A model generated the notes under the pieces. That model was given only the letters and a program-made list of their open reading frames with translations. It was not told the origin of the DNA and ran no database searches. The position numbers and the translations under genes were made by a program. From positions 160,001 through 224,000 of the forward strand of contig CAVVPN010000011.1 in the NCBI GenBank assembly GCA_963750165.1: a stretch of 64,000 nt of DNA, read 5' to 3'. Each line of letters begins with the position of its first letter. The stretch's first letter is position 1. This DNA is from an uncultured Gemmataceae bacterium. GTDB taxonomy: Bacteria > Planctomycetota > Planctomycetia > Gemmatales > Gemmataceae. Positions 1 to 9,645 of the stretch are shown here, piece after piece.

Positions 1-568
1 GGCCCTCGAACAAAATGATCTGGGCGCCGTTCTGCTCCATGTCCCAGATGCGCACGGTTTTGTCCTGGCTGGTGGAGACAAGCAGGCGGCCGTCGTCCGT
101 GTACGTCAGGGACTTGATGGTGCCGGTGTGGCCCTTGAGGTCGCGCAGCTTCTTGCCGGTGTTGTAGTCCCACAGCTGGATGGTCTTGAAGGCGCCGCCG
201 ATGGCCAGGATCGAGTCGCCCTTTTTGGGCGAGAAGGCCAGGGCATGGACCCACGGCTCCTTGAAGGTGCGCAGTTCCCTGCCGGTCCTGGCGTCCCACA
301 GGCGCACCGGGTCGTCGCCGCCGCCGGCCGCGAGGACGCTGCCGTCGGGGCTGTAAGCCAGCGCCAGAATGCGGCTGCCGTGGCGGAAGCGCACCGTCCC
401 GAGGCGCGTCAGCGCTAGCGGCGGCAGCTTGTCGCCGTGGGCGTCCGCCTCCTGTTTGGGCGCGGGCTGCTGGGCGGCGGTGGGGGACGGTTCCGGGCCG
501 CACAGGAACAGGCCGCACAGACCGGACCCGATCAACAACGCAGTGAGCTTCCACAGGTTGGTTAACAT
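1..568 (-). CDS. Secreted WD40-repeat protein (5' part; runs off the left edge)
   Basis: Manual translation from ATG at 568: MLTNLWKLTALLIGSGLCG...LGTVRFRHGSRILALAYSPDG...VRLWD...LKGHTGTIKSLTYTDDGRLLVSTSQDKTVRIWD. Signal-like N-terminus, GH...WD repeats, AGGAG RBS at about 579-583. Confidence 0.85.
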   Translation of the reverse strand, partial: MLTNLWKLTALLIGSGLCGLFLCGPEPSPTAAQQPAPKQEADAHGDKLPPLALTRLGTVRFRHGSRILALAYSPDGSVLAAGGGDDPVRLWDARTGRELRTFKEPWVHALAFSPKKGDSILAIGGAFKTIQLWDYNTGKKLRDLKGHTGTIKSLTYTDDGRLLVSTSQDKTVRIWDMEQNGAQIILFEG

Positions 569-871
569 GAAGGTCACACTCCTGTGAGTGGGGTTTATCC
601 GGAACGGGGTGCGTACCCCTATTAATAGGTACGGTGGCGCTCCTGGCCAGCACCTGAGCCGGCCAGTAATGACGAATCAGCCGGCCGGGGCGAACACCGC
701 CGGGCGGCGGGGTGTTTTCCGCAAGAGGCGGGTGAAGGTGAGAGAGTGTGGCACTGCTTGGCCGCCCGGTGGAACCGTCACCTGTGCCGGGGACGGGGAC
801 GGGCGGCCAAGCAGTGGCACACCTCCCCACCCACCCCAAATTCCAGAGGGCGCCGGGCGGCGGCCCCTACA

Positions 872-1924
872 ATGACAGCGGGCAGATCAACGGTTCGTAA
901 TGTGAGGGCCGCGATGGACGAGTCCGCGCCGCGGCGGCTGCCGTGGGGACTGCTGCTGACCCTGGGCCTGCTGACGCTTCTACTGCTGACGCTCCCGCCG
1001 CTACGGCCGCCGACGGCCGCGGTGGCGCCGTGGCATGTGCTGCTGGCGCTGGCGGCGTTCCTCGTCCTGCGCTGGCAGCAGGGCTATCTGTGGGGTGTCC
1101 TGGCGGCGCTGCTGCTGCCGCTGCACCCGCTGTACCCGCAGTGGACGAAAGAGTTGCCGCAAGCGCTGCGCGCCGAGGCGCTGGAGCTGACGGTCCTGGC
1201 GGCGGTGACTTACGGCTGGCGGTTGACGTTCGCGCCGGCGTTCGCCTGGAAATCCTGGTTGGCGATGGCAGCGGTGCTGATCGTCGCCGGGGCGCTGGCG
1301 TGGCCGGCCTGGCCGCAGTCGGGCCTGGTCGCCGGGTTGCTGGTGCTGCTGGGCCTGGGCTGGGCGGTGGTGCTGGCCTGGCGCGTCAGCCGGACGGGCG
1401 GCCCGAACGGCCCCGCGTTGAGCAACCGGTTGGCCGCGGTGCTGGTCAGTCTGGCGGCCCCGGCGGCAGCGCTGTTCCTGGCCCCCGCGGGCGCCGCCCT
1501 GAGCAGCGCTGCGCCGCTGCACTGGCCGCTGGCCGGGGACGCGGTGCCGGAGGACGCCGCGCAGTTGCTGGCACAGGCGCTGCCGGGCAGCGGCGGGCTG
1601 GAGTTGCGCGGCTTTTACCGGCAGGACCTCGAACAGTGGGCGTGGCCGACGGTGTGGCTGGCGCTGTCGTTGACGGCGTGGGGGCTGTGGAGTTGCGTTC
1701 GCCGCGGCTTCAAGGAAGCGGGGCGACGCCGGCCGCCGCTGGCGTGGCTGCTGCTGCTGTTCGCGCTGCTGGAACTGGCGTGCATGACGCTCCACGCAGC
1801 AACGCAATTCTTGCCGCTGGCGTCGCTGGCGGTGCTGCTGGCGGTCTTCGGCGTCGGCGACGTGGCGCGCAGCATCGGCGAGGGCCTGGTCCTGGAGCCG
1901 CCTGGGGAGCGCCAGTCGGTGTAG
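872..1924 (+). CDS. Multi-pass membrane protein, hypothetical
   Basis: ORF 746..1924 with many hydrophobic Leu/Ala/Trp segments; start uncertain (ATG 872 or 914). Confidence 0.7.
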   Translation: MTAGRSTVRNVRAAMDESAPRRLPWGLLLTLGLLTLLLLTLPPLRPPTAAVAPWHVLLALAAFLVLRWQQGYLWGVLAALLLPLHPLYPQWTKELPQALRAEALELTVLAAVTYGWRLTFAPAFAWKSWLAMAAVLIVAGALAWPAWPQSGLVAGLLVLLGLGWAVVLAWRVSRTGGPNGPALSNRLAAVLVSLAAPAAALFLAPAGAALSSAAPLHWPLAGDAVPEDAAQLLAQALPGSGGLELRGFYRQDLEQWAWPTVWLALSLTAWGLWSCVRRGFKEAGRRRPPLAWLLLLFALLELACMTLHAATQFLPLASLAVLLAVFGVGDVARSIGEGLVLEPPGERQSV

Positions 1925-2043
1925 AGCGTTCCCTGCACGGTTCGCGCACGGTGGTGGACGGCGGGCACAACCTGACATCGAGCGGCTTGATCTGCCCCAG
2001 CAAGGGAGCCAAGGGAGCCAACTTTTTCATACGTCGAGATCCG
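1922..2043 (-). repeat. Dispersed ~120-bp repeat, copy 1 (homologous to 24718-24952)
   Basis: The reverse complement reads ATCTCGACGTATGAAAAAGTTGGCTCCCTTGGCTCCCTTGCT...GTGCGCGAACCGTGC...AACGCTCTA and matches the units at 24718 and 24826. Confidence 0.75.
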
Positions 2044-2513
2044 ACCCCTCTGGGTTGTGCCGGGCGTTGCCAGTGTTTGCAAGGGGTTCTTCGTTTCCGC
2101 GAGCCCCGGATTGATCCCCTTGCAGTCCGTGACGCACTGCGAGCGCCCAGATCGGCCTCGAATCAGCGCCCTCGTTGCCAGGTTGGGGTTTGGGAACGAG
2201 TAGCAAGTGGCGTTTCCTCCAGGCGTGGATAACGAATGGCCTGGAGCGCCCTGCTGGGCCGGCACCATTTCCAGCCGGCTGACACGGATGATCTGCATTA
2301 AGAGCGGCTCGGATCAGTGAATCGTTCATGATGTCAAGATTGATCGGTGGCCGCAGAAGTTGCGCCTCGATCTGGGAGTAGATGTAGTCAGCAACTTCGT
2401 TGTCGCTCGAGGGAGAGTCAATGAAATCAACGTCGAGTTGAATAGACGTTATCAGAAATAGTAATTCCGTTACCTTTGTAACCGGAACATTGTTCGGGGC
2501 GTCAAGGACGGCA

Positions 2514-2558
2514 AAGAAAAAAGGGCCATTCACCCACAGGGGATGAATGGCCCTTTTC
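2514..2558 (-). terminator. Rho-independent terminator after the DUF1501 gene
   Basis: Stem AAAAGGGCCATTCA / TGAATGGCCCTTTT followed by a T-run on the minus strand. Confidence 0.8.
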
Positions 2559-2572
2559 GTCTACCCGGCATT

Positions 2573-3973
2573 TCACGCCATGATCGCCCGATTCACCGTC
2601 CCGGACACATCCGTTAGCCGGAAGTCACGGCCGCTGTAACGGTACGTCAGCCGCTCGTGCTCGATGCCCATCAGGTGCAGCATGGTCGCGTGCAGGTCGT
2701 GAACGTGCATCCGCCCTTCCGCCGCGGCGAAGCCGAACTCGTCGCTGCTGCCATAGGCCATGCCGCCCTTGACGCCGCCGCCGGCCAGCCACACCGAGAA
2801 GCCGTGGTTGTTGTGGTCGCGGCCGCGCGCCCCCTCCGACGTCGGCGTCCGGCCGAACTCGCCGCCCCACAGCACCAGCGTGTCTTCCAGCAGCCCCGAC
2901 CGCTTCAGGTCCGTCAGCAGCGCCGCGATCGGTTGATCGACGGTGCGGGCGTTGTTGCGGTGGTTGGCGATGTCGCCGTGATCGTCCCACGGTTGGCCCG
3001 AACCCGTGAAAATCTGCACCACACGCACGCCACGCTCCGCCAGCCGCCGCGCCGCCAGGCAGGCATTGCCGAACGGCGTGGTGCCGTACAGCTGCCGCGT
3101 CGTCTGCGGCTCGCGCGCCAGGTCGAACACCTCCTGCGCCTCGAATTGCATACGGAAGGCCATCTCCATCGACTGGATGCGCGCCTCCAGTGGGTTGTCG
3201 TGGCCGCCGCGCCGCTCCAGGTGCGCCTCGTTCAGCCGCCGCATCAGCTCCACCTGCTGCCGCTGCGAATTGGGGCCGAGGTTGCCGCTGGTCAGGTTCG
3301 GCAGCACGCTGCGCGGGTTCATGTTGCTGTTGTTGATGTGCGCGCCCTGGTAGATGCCGGGCAGGAAGCTGTTGCTCCACAGCGCCGGACCCACCACCGG
3401 GTGCCCCGGGCACAGCACGACGAAGCCGGGCAGGTTCTGGTTCTCCGTGCCCAGGCCGTAGGTCAGCCACGAGCCGAAACTCGGCCGTACCGGCTGCGTG
3501 TCGCCGCAGGTCATCATCAACAGCGACGGCTCGTGGTTCGGCACATTGGTGTACATCGAGCGGATCACGCACAGGTCGTCCGCGTGCCGGGCCACCTGCG
3601 GGAAGATTTCGCTGATTTCCAGCCCGGACTGGCCGTGGCGACGGAAGCGGAACGGCGACATCATCAGGCCGGCGGTGGCGCGCTCGGTACTGCGGTTGGC
3701 CGTCGGCGGCCGCTGGCCGTTGTGGCGCGTCAGGGCCGGCTTCGGGTCAAAGGTATCGACCTGGCTGGGACCGCCGTTCATGAACAGGTGGATGATGCGC
3801 TTTGCGCGCGGCCGGAAGTGCGGCGGCTTCGGCGCCAGCGGATTGGTCGGCTGCGTGGCCGCGGCGTCTTGCTCGGCGAGCAGGCCAGCCAGGCCGAGCA
3901 CGCCCAGACCGGTGCCCATGCGCTGCAACATCGCACGACGGCTGATCGGGGCGGCGGAGAACAGGGGTTGCAT
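2573..3973 (-). CDS. DUF1501 family (sulfatase-like) protein
   Basis: Tat-like SRRAML, AKRIIHLFMNGGPSQVDTFDPKP, GEFGRTP, GRDHN, GRDFRLTDV; RBS AGGAG before ATG 3973. Confidence 0.9.
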   Translation of the reverse strand: MQPLFSAAPISRRAMLQRMGTGLGVLGLAGLLAEQDAAATQPTNPLAPKPPHFRPRAKRIIHLFMNGGPSQVDTFDPKPALTRHNGQRPPTANRSTERATAGLMMSPFRFRRHGQSGLEISEIFPQVARHADDLCVIRSMYTNVPNHEPSLLMMTCGDTQPVRPSFGSWLTYGLGTENQNLPGFVVLCPGHPVVGPALWSNSFLPGIYQGAHINNSNMNPRSVLPNLTSGNLGPNSQRQQVELMRRLNEAHLERRGGHDNPLEARIQSMEMAFRMQFEAQEVFDLAREPQTTRQLYGTTPFGNACLAARRLAERGVRVVQIFTGSGQPWDDHGDIANHRNNARTVDQPIAALLTDLKRSGLLEDTLVLWGGEFGRTPTSEGARGRDHNNHGFSVWLAGGGVKGGMAYGSSDEFGFAAAEGRMHVHDLHATMLHLMGIEHERLTYRYSGRDFRLTDVSGTVNRAIMA

Positions 3974-4034
3974 GGCGGACACTCCTGGGTACGGTGTTTC
4001 TCCTCTCGCCCCTTCAGGGGGAGCGGGGTCAGAT

Positions 4035-6671
4035 TCAATCGATGTACATGAACTCGTTGCTGCCGAGCAGCACCTGCGCCAGCCGCTCCCAGCGGGTCAG
4101 GCGGTTGCTGGCCTGCTCCGTCGGGTCGTCGCGGCCGGCCAGGAACTCCAGGCACGCGCGGACCTCGCCGGCTTCCGCGGCCCGGCCGTAGGCCAGCTGG
4201 AAGGCCCGCTGCACCCGCGCCTCGTCGGTGGCGGCGTCCTTGGCCGCGCGCCGCCAGGGCCTTCGCCAGCTCGATCACGAACGGGCTGTTCAGCACGAAC
4301 AACTGCTGCTGCGGCACCGTCGTCTCGTTGCGCTTCGCGCTGGTGATGTTCGGGTCGGGGAAGTCGAACAACCGCAGCAGCTGGTTCAGGTCGTTGCGGC
4401 TGATGCGGGCGTACACGGTGCGGCGGAAGTTGCTCGACGCGGACAGGTTCAGCGTTGGGCCGCCCAGCTTGGGGTCGAGCTTGCCGCTGACCGCCAGCAT
4501 CGCATCACGCCACGCCTCAATGTCCAGCCGGCGGCGGTTCATGCGCCACAGCCAGCGGTTGTCGCCGTCCTTGCTGAAATTCTGCTCGTCCTGGGCGTTG
4601 CCCAGCTGGTACACCGCGGACAACATGATTTCCTTGTGCAGCGTCTTGAGCGACCAGCCCGACTCGACCAGGCGGCAGGCCAGGTAATCCAGCAGTTCGG
4701 GGTGCGTCGGCCGGTCGCCGAGCTTGCCGAAGTTGCTGGGCGTGCCGACCAGGGCGCGGCCGAAATGGTTCTGCCAGATGCGGTTGACAATGACACGCGC
4801 TGTCAGCGGGTTGTCCTTGCTGGCGATGGCCTCGGCCAGTTCCAGCCGGCCGCTGCCCTGCTTGAACGGCGGCGGGTTGTCGCCGGCCAGGGCGTGCAGG
4901 AACCTGCGCGGCGCCTCCTCGCCGAGGGTGGCCGGGTTGCCACGCACGAACACCTTCATGTTGCCCACGTTCGCTTCCGCCAGGCAGTGGGCGTACGGCA
5001 GCGGCTTCGCGGCTTCGTCCTTTTGTAGCGTCGCCAGTTCGGTCTTCACCCGCGTCAACTTCTGCTTCTGCGCGTCGGTCATCTTGCCAAGCGCGTCTTT
5101 TTCCGACAGCGTGAACAGGCCCTTGTCGCCGAACAGGTCCTGCAGCATCTTGTTCTTGGTCTTTTTGAGATCCTTCTTGTGATCGGCCAGAAGGCCCTGC
5201 ACCTTCTTCTGGAACGCCGCGGCCACGGCGACGGCCCTGTCCTCCTGGGCGGCGGTGAGCTTCTTCAACTCGGCCAGGCCGGTCTGTGCGGTGGCCTTGC
5301 CCAGATACTTCACGCAGCGGTTCAGCATGCCGGCGTCGAGCTTATCCTGCTTCGCCTGAGCGTTGATCGACCACTTCGACTCGGTCTGCTTGCGCAGCTG
5401 GAACTTCCAGGCGGCGACCAGGTAGCGGGCCAGCTCGCCGGCCAGCGGCTCCGCCAGCAACCGCTGCCGTTCACCGTCCAGTTCCTTTAACCGCCCCTGA
5501 ACCTTGCTGAAGCGCTCCTGCAACTGCTTCGGTGCCAGCGTCAGGTCGCTGAGTTTGCTGCTACGGAAGACGCCCGCCAGCGAGTAGTAATCCTGCGTTG
5601 GGATCGGGTCGAACTTGTGGTTGTGGCAGCGGGCGCAACTGACCGTCAGGCCGAGGAAGCCGCGCGTCAGCGTATCCACACGGTCGTCCAGTTCGTCGGC
5701 CGCGGCCTTGGCGGCGTCGGTGTTTTTGTAATACTGGGCGCCCAGGCCGAAGAAGCCGAGCGCCGGCAGGTGCTTGACCCGGCCCGCGTCGTCCTTCTCG
5801 ATCAGGTCGGCAGCGATCTGCAACTTCACGAAGCGATCGTAGGGCATGTCCTCGTTCAGCGCGTTGATGACCCAGTCGCGGTAGCGCCAGGCGTTGGTGT
5901 TTGGCTTGACGGCGAAGGTGTGGGCCTGGTCCTCAGCGTAGCGAGCCACGTCGAGCCAGTAGCGGCCCCAACGCTCGCCGTAGTGCGGCGACGCCAGCAG
6001 GTGGTCGATGACCTTCGCGAACGCCTGCGGCGACTGGTCGTTGACGAAGGCGGCCACTTCTTCGGGCGACGGCGGCAGACCGATCAGGTCGAAGTACGCC
6101 CGGCGGATGAGTTCACGGCGGCCGGCTGGCGCGACCGGCTTCAGGCCCTCCGCCTCCAGTTTGACGAGGACGAAGGCGTCAATCGGCGTGCGCACCCAGG
6201 CGGCGTTCTGCACTTTCGGCGCGGCGGGCTTGTGCGGCGGCTGGAACGCCCAGAATTTGCGCGCCGCGTTCCAGTCGATGCCCTGGGCGACCGCCGCGGG
6301 CTTGCCGTCGCGCGGGTCGGGGCGCCCATGTTCACCCATTTGGCGAAGTCGGCGACGACCTGCGGCGGCAATTTGCCCTTGGGCGGCATTTTCAGATCGC
6401 CCTGGTGGCGCAGCGCCTTGACGATCAGGCTCTGGTCCGCCTTGCCGGGCACGAGGGCCGGGCCACTATCGCCGCCCTTGAGCACGGCGTCTTTGCTGTC
6501 GAGGCGCAACTCGCCGCGCTGCTTTTTCGGGCCGTGGCACTGGTAGCAGTGCTCGACCAGGACAGGACGAATCCTGGCTTCAAAGAAGGCGACGCCATCG
6601 CGGGGGTCGTCGGCGACGGCCCGCGGCACGGCGACAGCAGTGATGCAAAGAACAAGTGCCCAGTGTCTCAT
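4035..6671 (-). CDS. Planctomycete cytochrome c + DUF1549/DUF1553 protein (apparent frameshifts at ~6320 and ~4245)
   Basis: CYQCH haem motif in ORF 6141..6671 continues into ORF 3778..6339 (SPHYGERWGRYWLDVARYA, CARCHNHKFDPIP, HPELLDYLA). The C-terminus ...LLGSNEFMYID* lies in a third frame, with stop at 4035. Confidence 0.85.
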
Positions 6672-7037
6672 GAGTCATCCCTGGTGGCGGGGGCGGGACC
6701 GTGATGCCGCCCGGGAGGAAGCGGCAGGAACCATCCCGATGGTTCGGGCAGGCAGGTTGTCGTGCGGTAAAGTTGGTGTGGGTGCTGTTGTTAGCACAAC
6801 GCCCCACACTTCCTCTCAAATTACAACCCCGGCAGGGAGATTGCAACTTTTTTCAGGACAAAAAATGGCGAGCCGGATAATCGGGGGGTGCCGCCGGTGC
6901 GGAAAAAAAGGGACGTCGGCGCACGAGTCTGGCCGCTGGCGGCATTCGGCTCTCGCAAGAGCCACCTCTGCAAGGGCATAATGAGGGGAAGGGGTTGCCG
7001 CGGTCGGCTTCACTAGAACACCAGGGGGGATTGACAG

Positions 7038-7559
7038 ATGCACACCATCGGTCGCGGGGCGCTGGCGGCGAGTTTGACGCTGGCGGCGGTCGCGCTGGGC
7101 ACGGCGGCGGCACGGGCTCAGCTCTTTCAACCGCACGGCGGCGGCATTGGCCAGCAGTATTTTCCCACGGCCGGCAATCGCGTGATGACCATGTACAATG
7201 GTCAGGCGATTCCTTCCTTCCAGAGCCTCAACGCCAACCGCAACCCGTATCTCATCCCGGGTTCATCGCTGCCACCGTGGGCGACGAACCAGAACGTCTT
7301 CAACCCCATGAACTCCCAACTGATGACGCCCCCGTTCAACTACAATTCGATGTATTACCCAGGCCCGTACTATCCTGGCCCGATCAACCCCACGCCTTAC
7401 AATCCGTTTGCGTATAACCCATACAACCAGAATCTGTTTGCCCCGAACTACCCGATGTTCAACCCCAACCTGCCAATCGGGCCGTACAACCCGGGCTTCA
7501 ACCCCTATGCCTGGCCGCGGAACAACAACGGGTTGTTGAGCCCATTCGGCGGGTTCTGA
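7038..7559 (+). CDS. Secreted Asn/Pro/Tyr-rich low-complexity protein
   Basis: Signal peptide ending in ARA-Q, then repeated NPY/YNP/FNP motifs. Confidence 0.75.
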   Translation: MHTIGRGALAASLTLAAVALGTAAARAQLFQPHGGGIGQQYFPTAGNRVMTMYNGQAIPSFQSLNANRNPYLIPGSSLPPWATNQNVFNPMNSQLMTPPFNYNSMYYPGPYYPGPINPTPYNPFAYNPYNQNLFAPNYPMFNPNLPIGPYNPGFNPYAWPRNNNGLLSPFGGF

Positions 7560-7575
7560 GCGCTCTGTCTGCCGC

Positions 7576-7641
7576 TTGTCGTGAGGCAGGCTTTCCAGCT
7601 TGCCGGTCCCTCGGCAGACAGGAATGTCTGCTCCACGACAA
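7576..7641. repeat. REP-like palindromic pair (GTG(G/A)GGCAG...CTG(C/T)CCCAC family)
   Basis: GTGAGGCAGGCTTTCCAGCTTGCC...GGCAGACAGGAATGTCTGCTCCAC; related copies at 14609-14632, 17502-17557 and 32543-32570. Confidence 0.75.
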
Positions 7642-7646
7642 TATGC

Positions 7647-9083
7647 CTAGCACAAAATCTCGCGCACCACCTCACCGCTCACGTCGGTCAGGCGGAAGTC
7701 ACGGCCCTGGAAGCGAACCGTCAGCCGGCGGTGGTCAATACCCAGCAGATGCAGCATCGTCGCGTGCAGGTCGTGGACCGGCAGCACCTGCTCGACGGCG
7801 TTGTAGCCCAGTTCGTCCGTGGCGCCGTGCGTGACCCCGCCCTTGACGCCGCCGCCGGCCAGCCAGATGGAAAACCCCTTGATGTGATGGTCGCGGCCGT
7901 TGCCCTGCGCCATCGGCGTGCGGCCGAACTCGCAGCCAAACACCACCAGTGTCTCGTCGAGCATACCGCGCTGCTTCAGGTCGCGAATGAGTGCCGCCGC
8001 CCCGCGGTCCACTTCACTGGCGCTGCCGCGGATGCCGTCGCGGATGCCGCCGTGGTGGTCCCAGCCACGGTGGTACAGCTGCACGAAGCGGACGCCGCGC
8101 TCCGCCATGCGCCGCGCCAGCAGGCAGTTGGCCGCGAAGGAGCCGTCGGCGCCGCGGGTGCCGTACAGGTCCAGCACACGCTGCGGCTCGTCGGCCAGGT
8201 TCATCAGCTGCGGCACACTGGTCTGCATGCGAAAGGCCATCTCGTACTGGGCGATGCGGGTGCCGATCTCGGGGTCGTCCACGGCCCGGTCGTGCAGGCG
8301 GTTGAGCTGCTGCACCGCGTCCACCACGTCGCGCTGCTGCTCGGCGCCGACGCCGCGCGGGTTGGTGACGTACAGCACCGGTTCGCCAGCGGAGCGGAAT
8401 TCGATGCCCTGAAAGCGGCTGGGCAGGAAGCCGCTGTGCCACTGGCGGGCGGCGATTGGCTGGGCCTGACCGAAGCGGCCGAGCGAGGTCAGCACGACGA
8501 AGCCGGGCAGGTTGTCGGATTCGCTGCCGAGGCCGTAGTTGAGCCACGCGCCCATCGCCGGCCGGCCGGCGATGGTCGAGCCGGTGTTCATGAACGTGTG
8601 GGCCGGATCGTGGTTGATGGCCTCGGTCTTCATCGAACGGATGATGCACAGGTCGTCCGCGACGGTCGCCAGGTGCGGAAAGATGCTGGAAATTTCCTGG
8701 CCGGAGCGGCCACAGCGCCTGAAGGGGTGCTGCGGCGCGAAGCAGGTGAGGCGCTGGCCCTGCAGCTGAGCGATGGGCTGGCCGCGCGTGTACGACTCGG
8801 GCATGGGCTGGCCGTGCAGCTGGGCCAGGCGTGGTTTGTGGTCGAAGGTTTCCAGGTGCGACATGCCGCCGGCCATGTACAGCCAGATAACGCGCTTCGC
8901 CCGCGGGGCGTGGTGCAGCGGTCGGACGACGCCCGGCCAGCGCGGCACCTCGGGGTGCTGCGCGGCGTCCTGGGCGCGGAGCAGGTCGGGCCGGAGCAGC
9001 GTCGCCAGGGCGGTCAGGCCGAGGCCGCCGGCCATCGACTGGCTGAGGAAGGTGCGGCGGTGGATGTTGTCGATCAAGTTCAT
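7647..9083 (-). CDS. DUF1501 family protein
   Basis: RRTFL Tat-like motif, AKRVIWLYMAGGMSHLETFD, EFGRTP, GRDHH, GRDFRLTDV. Confidence 0.9.
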   Translation of the reverse strand: MNLIDNIHRRTFLSQSMAGGLGLTALATLLRPDLLRAQDAAQHPEVPRWPGVVRPLHHAPRAKRVIWLYMAGGMSHLETFDHKPRLAQLHGQPMPESYTRGQPIAQLQGQRLTCFAPQHPFRRCGRSGQEISSIFPHLATVADDLCIIRSMKTEAINHDPAHTFMNTGSTIAGRPAMGAWLNYGLGSESDNLPGFVVLTSLGRFGQAQPIAARQWHSGFLPSRFQGIEFRSAGEPVLYVTNPRGVGAEQQRDVVDAVQQLNRLHDRAVDDPEIGTRIAQYEMAFRMQTSVPQLMNLADEPQRVLDLYGTRGADGSFAANCLLARRMAERGVRFVQLYHRGWDHHGGIRDGIRGSASEVDRGAAALIRDLKQRGMLDETLVVFGCEFGRTPMAQGNGRDHHIKGFSIWLAGGGVKGGVTHGATDELGYNAVEQVLPVHDLHATMLHLLGIDHRRLTVRFQGRDFRLTDVSGEVVREILC

Positions 9084-9131
9084 GGGTTCATCCCCAGCGA
9101 GTTTGAGCAACCAGCCCATCTGCGGGCGCGG

Positions 9132-9365
9132 TCAGCCCTGGTAGAAGCCTGTGCCAACGTGGCAACCGATTACACCCGCGTAGTGCAAATCATGTTCATC
9201 CTGTTTCGACGCGACCGGCTTGACGTTACCGTCCGGGAGCACCTGCTCCATGGGTAACAGCACCGTGTAGCGCCAGACCGCAGACCAGTTGCCGACGTTC
9301 GGTACAAGCCAGGGGAAGGCGTACGGCCGGAGTGCTTCAGGGTTGAATGGGCGCGGGGGGCTCAC
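9132..9365 (-). CDS. Small hypothetical protein, possibly truncated
   Basis: 77-aa ORF overlapping the end of the 70-aa ORF upstream; lower GC. Confidence 0.4.
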   Translation of the reverse strand: MSPPRPFNPEALRPYAFPWLVPNVGNWSAVWRYTVLLPMEQVLPDGNVKPVASKQDEHDLHYAGVIGCHVGTGFYQG

Positions 9366-9549
9366 GGGGGACGTACCTCGTTATATCGGTGTAGGGGATG
9401 CCGGCTTGATCCAGCGCTCTCACGTGTTCGTCTTCGACCACCATTTTGAAGTCAGGCAGCCCGACGCGCATCCGGGGCACCTCCGACAGGGCCCCCACGG
9501 CCTGGATGTACTCCTCCCTGCCTGGGAACTGAATCACATGGGTTGCCAT
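9337..9549 (-). CDS. Small hypothetical protein (70 aa)
   Basis: ATG with GAGGGG RBS; protein-like composition MATHVIQFPGREEYIQAVGAL... Confidence 0.55.
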   Translation of the reverse strand: MATHVIQFPGREEYIQAVGALSEVPRMRVGLPDFKMVVEDEHVRALDQAGIPYTDITRYVPREPPAPIQP

Positions 9550-9645
9550 ATTTTCCCCCTCGAAAGAGTCTGCTTCGACGGACCGTTACCGCCGTCGAAA
9601 TGATTTTAACACTTCATCAGCCGATACACCAGAAGCACCAGTTCC

